NCBI GenBank assembly: GCA_951406725.2
Contig: OX597826.1
Location: forward strand, 72,788,001-72,852,000
DNA: 64,000 nt
From: Octopus vulgaris
Lineage: Eukaryota
Direction: 5' to 3'
Shown in pieces: positions 58,578-64,000 of the stretch (position 1 is the first letter of the stretch; each line of letters opens with the position of its first letter). The position numbers and the translations under genes are program-made. The notes beneath the pieces were generated by a model, which saw nothing but the letters and a program-made list of their open reading frames with translations, was not told where the DNA came from and did no database searches.

Positions 58578-61500
58578 CTACAAAGAGGGGAAAAAGGAAA
58601 AAAAATTTTTAATTAGTCATATTCTTGTATTACATTATCAGATCAATTAGATAAACATGTTGCATGAAGTAGATCTACATGAAGTGTAATAGCTAAGTGA
58701 CCGGGATGGTTAAAGGCTCATCAATCGTGATGAGAAATTGTATCCACAGTAAAGACATCTGATGGTAAACTCATCTTTCCAACTGTAAATGATACAATAG
58801 TGAGGTAGAGATCCCCATGCTAAGAGAATTGGTCCAGTCAACTAATGGTATAAGATGTTATCAGAAATGTTTTGAAGATGGTTAACAGACCCTCTGAGGT
58901 TCTACTTCTATGTCTGACTGCAGAAATGTCAAATGCTCACCTGGAGGACAGTGAACTCAGCCTTGAGAAAACAGAAAAATGTGTTAACAATATTTAAATG
59001 ATGAGTGTTTGCCAAGCACTACTACTACATTAAACTTCAGTTTGTAAGTTCTTCCAAAACAGTAATGTGGAGAAAGGGAACAAAATTTAGTTGTTTGGCC
59101 CAGACCAATGTTGGTCATGAAGACCACTCATTTTTTTTTCAGATGTACAATTTTTCAAACCAAGACATTATTCAACATGTCATTCCTTGACCCTTTAATA
59201 TTTAAACTGGACATATCCAGCCAAAATATTCCACATTTTATTTTCAGACTGGCCAGATCTAGTTTCTCACTACCCTACAATGTCATCCTAAAAAAAATTA
59301 ATAGTTACTGCATCAAAATCTCAACCCACTAGATAATGCAGGATTAATTCAAAACAATGGGAAAACCAGGCATTACATTTGAAAGAGTATTCTGAATGCT
59401 ACAGGATTAAACTGACGATATCTGATTTCATCCACCTACCCTATTATGTCACTCTAAAAATAAACTATCAACTTTTCAAAATATTGAGGTAACATGATAA
59501 TGCATAATTAAATTCAAAACAATGTTGGTAAATAAGCATTACATTTGGCAGAGTAATCTGAATGTTGAAGGGTAGACTATGATTTGAGACATTTGGTCAG
59601 TATTTTTAGCAGGATCAGTGACCATGTAAAAATTCCCTTACTGACTTGTCAAAATGCAGCCTTTGATCAGCAAGTAGGCGAAGTTGAAATTAATTACATT
59701 TTAATGACACAAGATGGTTTAAATAAATGTTAACGGTTTATTTTAGTGTCAATTTTTAAGAAGCTGGCAGTTATAATTTGGTGAAAATAATTTGGAAGCG
59801 TTAAATATTTTAATTAGGCAAATATTAATATCTCTAGATTGCTAGCAAAGTTAAAATACTGTCATTAACTATTTATTCAAAACCCTCTCAGCCCAGTAGA
59901 AAATGTGGCACCACAGCAGTTTCGATGAAAAAAATGGCTGAATTTGCAAGACAAGCCAACCCATAACTGTTTGGTTAAGCATGAAGCAGCAGCAAGTTAA
60001 CAGTGTTAAGGATCCGAGTTGTCATGGAAATGGCTTCCAACCTTTACCAAAGTAACCATCTACGAAAGATTATCAAAAGACACTAAATATTACAGATCAG
60101 ATAAAAACCACAGAATGTAAATCAGATAAGTGCCATTTTATAGAACAACAGAATAGACATCAGATGAGTGCTTATTAGAGAATGCAGGCCAAGTCAGGTA
60201 TCATGAAATGTAAGCCAGGCTGAGTGAGTTCCACCCTAGAACATAGGTCGGGTTAGATGAGGCGGGTATCACCATGATATGCATGACAGGTTGTTAGCAA
60301 CAATAATTATGTGTGATCAAAACCAAGAATAAAGAGAGAGATCAGAATCAATAAGCCATTTAGGAAAAAAAGAGGCAATAACAACCTACCATACAAACAT
60401 TTTAACAAAGTGCAGCATATTCTAAAATATCCATACATAGCCATGGGTTAATAAAATTTTACATTATTTTTACATTCATTGCCATACATTGGCCCCACAT
60501 CATTTGACTGTATATTTCAGTGACATCCACATCTGATGAACACGAAATGATGTCACCCAGATCCAGCAATGCCTTAGTCCAAACTCCTTGATGGAACCTT
60601 TGATGACAAAAAAACACTTAATCTAATGAGAAACTCACTTTGACATGCAATCTAGTTAAATACTATAAAAAATTCAAAACAAGTAACTAAAGACAAATAA
60701 AGAAAATAACAACAACAGTATGGCTGAAACTATGATCCTTTGGTGATTAGATCCATATTATCTAATCACCAACAGACTAAATATTCATTCTTGCATAGAA
60801 TCTGTGGTGCTGTTACTCATATATTGATGCCCTAATGGAGCTTGAGGAGTGAACAGAATTTAAAGAAAAAGAAACTCAAAGTAGAAATATTAATATTTCT
60901 AAGTCTCTCTAAAGGAGACTACGGCAGCGGTACTGGATATTAATAGTTATCGCCAAGCTAATATGGCAGTCCATAAATATAGGACGAATGCTGCCGTTGA
61001 TTAGCTCCAAGAGGCCATCGCCTCTAGCTAGCTATGTGACACACAAACCTGTGTCCATTATAACCTTTGAACAAGGGAGGTCAGCCGCTTCCCCTTGCTG
61101 GTCAGGCACCTGCAGACTAGTTTAAGGGTATTTGCCCCTTATCAATGCAGAGTAGCTGAACCCAGCAGGTGTCACTACTGACCAGCTGTTCGAAGGAAAC
61201 TTAGTCTTCCTTACAAAGAAGACAGAGGGACAATTATATCTTGCAAACTCCTCCCACTTTGGGTAAGCTTGTACAGAGGTGTTACGGGGCAATGTAGTCA
61301 AATAATGAGATTCAAATAGCACACCTTGTGCATACAGGTATGGTTATGTGATTAAGAAGCTCCCTTTGCAATTGTATGGTCCTGAGTTCAATTCCATTTT
61401 GTGGCTCCTTGCACACTGTCTTCTACCATAGTCTCAAATTGACCCAGACCATGTAAATGAAAGTGGGTAGACAGAAACCACATGGAAGTCTATCAGTGAC

Positions 61501-63939
61501 CAGATCAACACAACTACTTGGCCCCATGGTCTCTTTAGAGGAGACTACTCTGTTGCAAGCATTCAGACCAACTCTTTTGTCTGAGGATAACCACTTGATA
61601 GTGAATTCTGAAAAACAAGAACTACAGCTCCTCTGACAAACCCATAGCTCCCTCCCTTTGAAATTATTCTAGACGGGTTGAACCAGAAAAGTTTTTAATT
61701 GTTCAGTGATACAGGTTTTGCTTTACTAAAACCAAAAAACAATAAAGGACAGTGTCATGAAGGTTCAGTTCTTCAAAGACCTTGAGAACCGTCTCGTTGT
61801 CATTGATAATGATCAGCTTTAAACCAATAACATGAATTTCACAAGCCACAAGAGATAGTTGAAACCAGGAAAATATCTGACAAAAGAATTTGAAGATGGG
61901 CAAGACTCAACGTGAACAATTTTTTTTCAAAAGAACTACTGTACACTACGTCAGGCTCAAGGTTTGTAATACATCTGGACAAAATACAAGACGAGATGTT
62001 AAAAGCGTGACAAAAAAAAAAGCTACTGCTGAACACGGCAGAACTGACCAAGACCTCGGACAACATGACGATACATTTAATATATCCCCCACCATCACCA
62101 AAGAACGTTGGCTGATGTTATTTCTATGTAAACTGTGTAATTTCGTACACACACACAATAGCTTCGGCAGTTTGAAATAATATTGAATTCTGTCTTTAAG
62201 AGTTAATCTTTTGAGACAAGGTCAAACAGGATGGGAGGTAAATCTTGCGGAAACAAAGAACCGACAGCTTTTTTCCATTTTATTAGAATTTAGTTTTTGC
62301 CATATCACAGATGACAACGTTTAGTAATTTTTTTTTAAAAAACCATATGCAACTGCATAAGGAAAATATCTTTTTTTTTAAAGGAAATTTTTTCTTTTAA
62401 ATTGCGAATGCGAGGAATCAACCTCATCGATCATGTTCTCCGTGTGATAGTTTAATTATCAACTCTCTTAAAACGACAATCTATTTAATTTAAAGTTGCC
62501 GTTAAGTCAATGAATGCTCCAGCATGGCAAAAACACAGACTGATATAACGACACTAAAAGAAATAGGTTCAAACCAGATGCTGACCTGAATATACATAAT
62601 TATTTACAAGAACATGATAACAGAACAATATCTTTAATGAGGTCAACTTAATATAAATTTAGAAATCACAGCTTTTTCATAACAACAAAAAATTAACCAG
62701 AAGACTTCTAGCCACAAACAATGAACTAAATATTATAAAACACAACACACACGAAGACATATCCGTTTCAGGAAAAACAATCAAATTCGTAGCAAAAAAA
62801 AAATAATAATAATAATAAACCCCATGGTAAATAACTGATCATGTTCCGTGAGGTTTTATGTTTCTAGAAACATTGTCTTCTAAAATCAGATACGATCTCA
62901 AATTATTTTTTCTTGAGGTGTGTCATAAACCTAGAAACATTTTAACAAGTGGTTGATACATAGCAATATAGTTAGTAATAAAATGATTTTAAACTTTGCT
63001 TCTTCAAGGCCACATATTCTGAGGAGGTAGATGACAGTTGGTGGTGACATCGCCTCCCAATACTGCACAAGTATTTACTTTATCGATCTCGAACAGTGGC
63101 AAAGTTAAACCAGACGGGACAGAAACTAATGCTGTAGAGAGACGTGGATATCACATGGGATTATAACTAAAGCATGGCAGAAAAAAGGAAATACTTGAAG
63201 TTAAAGGTGTGGAACAGAGTTATTCATTTGTCCTCACCATATTTTTACGTTAAACACGAAACTTCAAAGATGTTATGACGTTTACACACTATTACTTATT
63301 GCTCAAATGAGTCTTAAAGTGGACGTATAATTAATTGAACAGATCCTATTGTATCATGCGGAATCTGTTATGTAATATTTTTCTGGGGTTTATTTTCCAT
63401 ATTTAATAAAAGAATGCTTTCGATGACTGAGATCAAGTGTAGTAGGACCCAGAAACAAAGCATTCAACTACTTTATTGTACATCTTTAGGAATGCTATAT
63501 TACCCTATAGAGACGGTGTGGGGAATTTAATGTTGCTAAACCATGCTTTCTTTTTATCGAGAATAATGACTTAAAATGAACCAGTACCAATCGGGAATCG
63601 AAACCAGAACACGGATTACTGCCATACAGATTGTGATTAAAAAGCTCCTTACTCTTCAGATGGATGTTTATCTAGAGCAATAAAAAAAAATGTGTTTGAA
63701 CACTTTTCATGTTCAGTTCGAATATTTAGAATAAAGATTAATTAAATGGCAAAATTTATTCTTAATTTTTTTCTAAAATCTAAAAAAAAAAATTAGATAC
63801 TTGAATGATTCTTTGTACAAGAAGATGTGTCTGGTTTGAAAGAAAATATCAAGACAGATCTTCCTTACATATAAATGAGAATATGTGATGTTTATACCCT
63901 TTTTTTTTTTAAAGATGTAATGAACAGCATTAAAAGCGA

Positions 63940-64000
63940 AATGGCTTTAACCGGGGAATCGAAACCGGGTGGTTGGGGCGGGACTGGTCTCGCCGGAAGC
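63940..64000. promoter_or_regulatory. Edge of a CpG/GC-rich region, probably close to the NUP153 promoter or exon 1
   Basis: Abrupt GC rise, GGGGCGGG box and CCGGAAG (ETS-like) motif; NUP153 5' end is expected in this direction. Confidence 0.35.

Noticed and set aside
60740-60772. 13-bp stem, 7-nt loop hairpin
   Set aside because: Short, AT-rich and without supporting context

Overview
AT-rich eukaryotic genomic DNA, most likely an octopus (inferred from the repeat families, not proven). It holds two convergent intron-rich genes. On + are the last five coding exons of mind bomb 1 (MIB1; three RING fingers, stop at 11141-11143). On - are 26 phase-consistent exons (4794 nt including stop, about 1597 aa) of nucleoporin NUP153, with the N-terminal Nup153 domain, RanBP2-type zinc fingers, FxFG repeats and basic C-terminal tail; exon 1 was not found and probably lies beyond 64000. 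Introns are filled with tRNA-derived SINEs, RTE-LINE 3' ends, piggyBac, mariner and Helitron derivatives, MITE-like hairpins and microsatellites. Best leads: (1) a one-finger-per-exon, all phase-1 zinc-finger cassette array with weak GTT donors, a divergent fifth finger and a candidate 324-nt in-frame unknown exon; (2) an AG|GTAAGC recursive-splice-type exon whose loss creates an immediate stop; (3) young inverted SINE pairs and long hairpins that could be ADAR or circRNA substrates; (4) a Gly-to-Val change in the MIB1 RING1 CGH motif. I see no clear evidence of a wholly new biological system; the leads are splicing and RNA-structure hypotheses that need RNA data. All coordinates were counted by hand.
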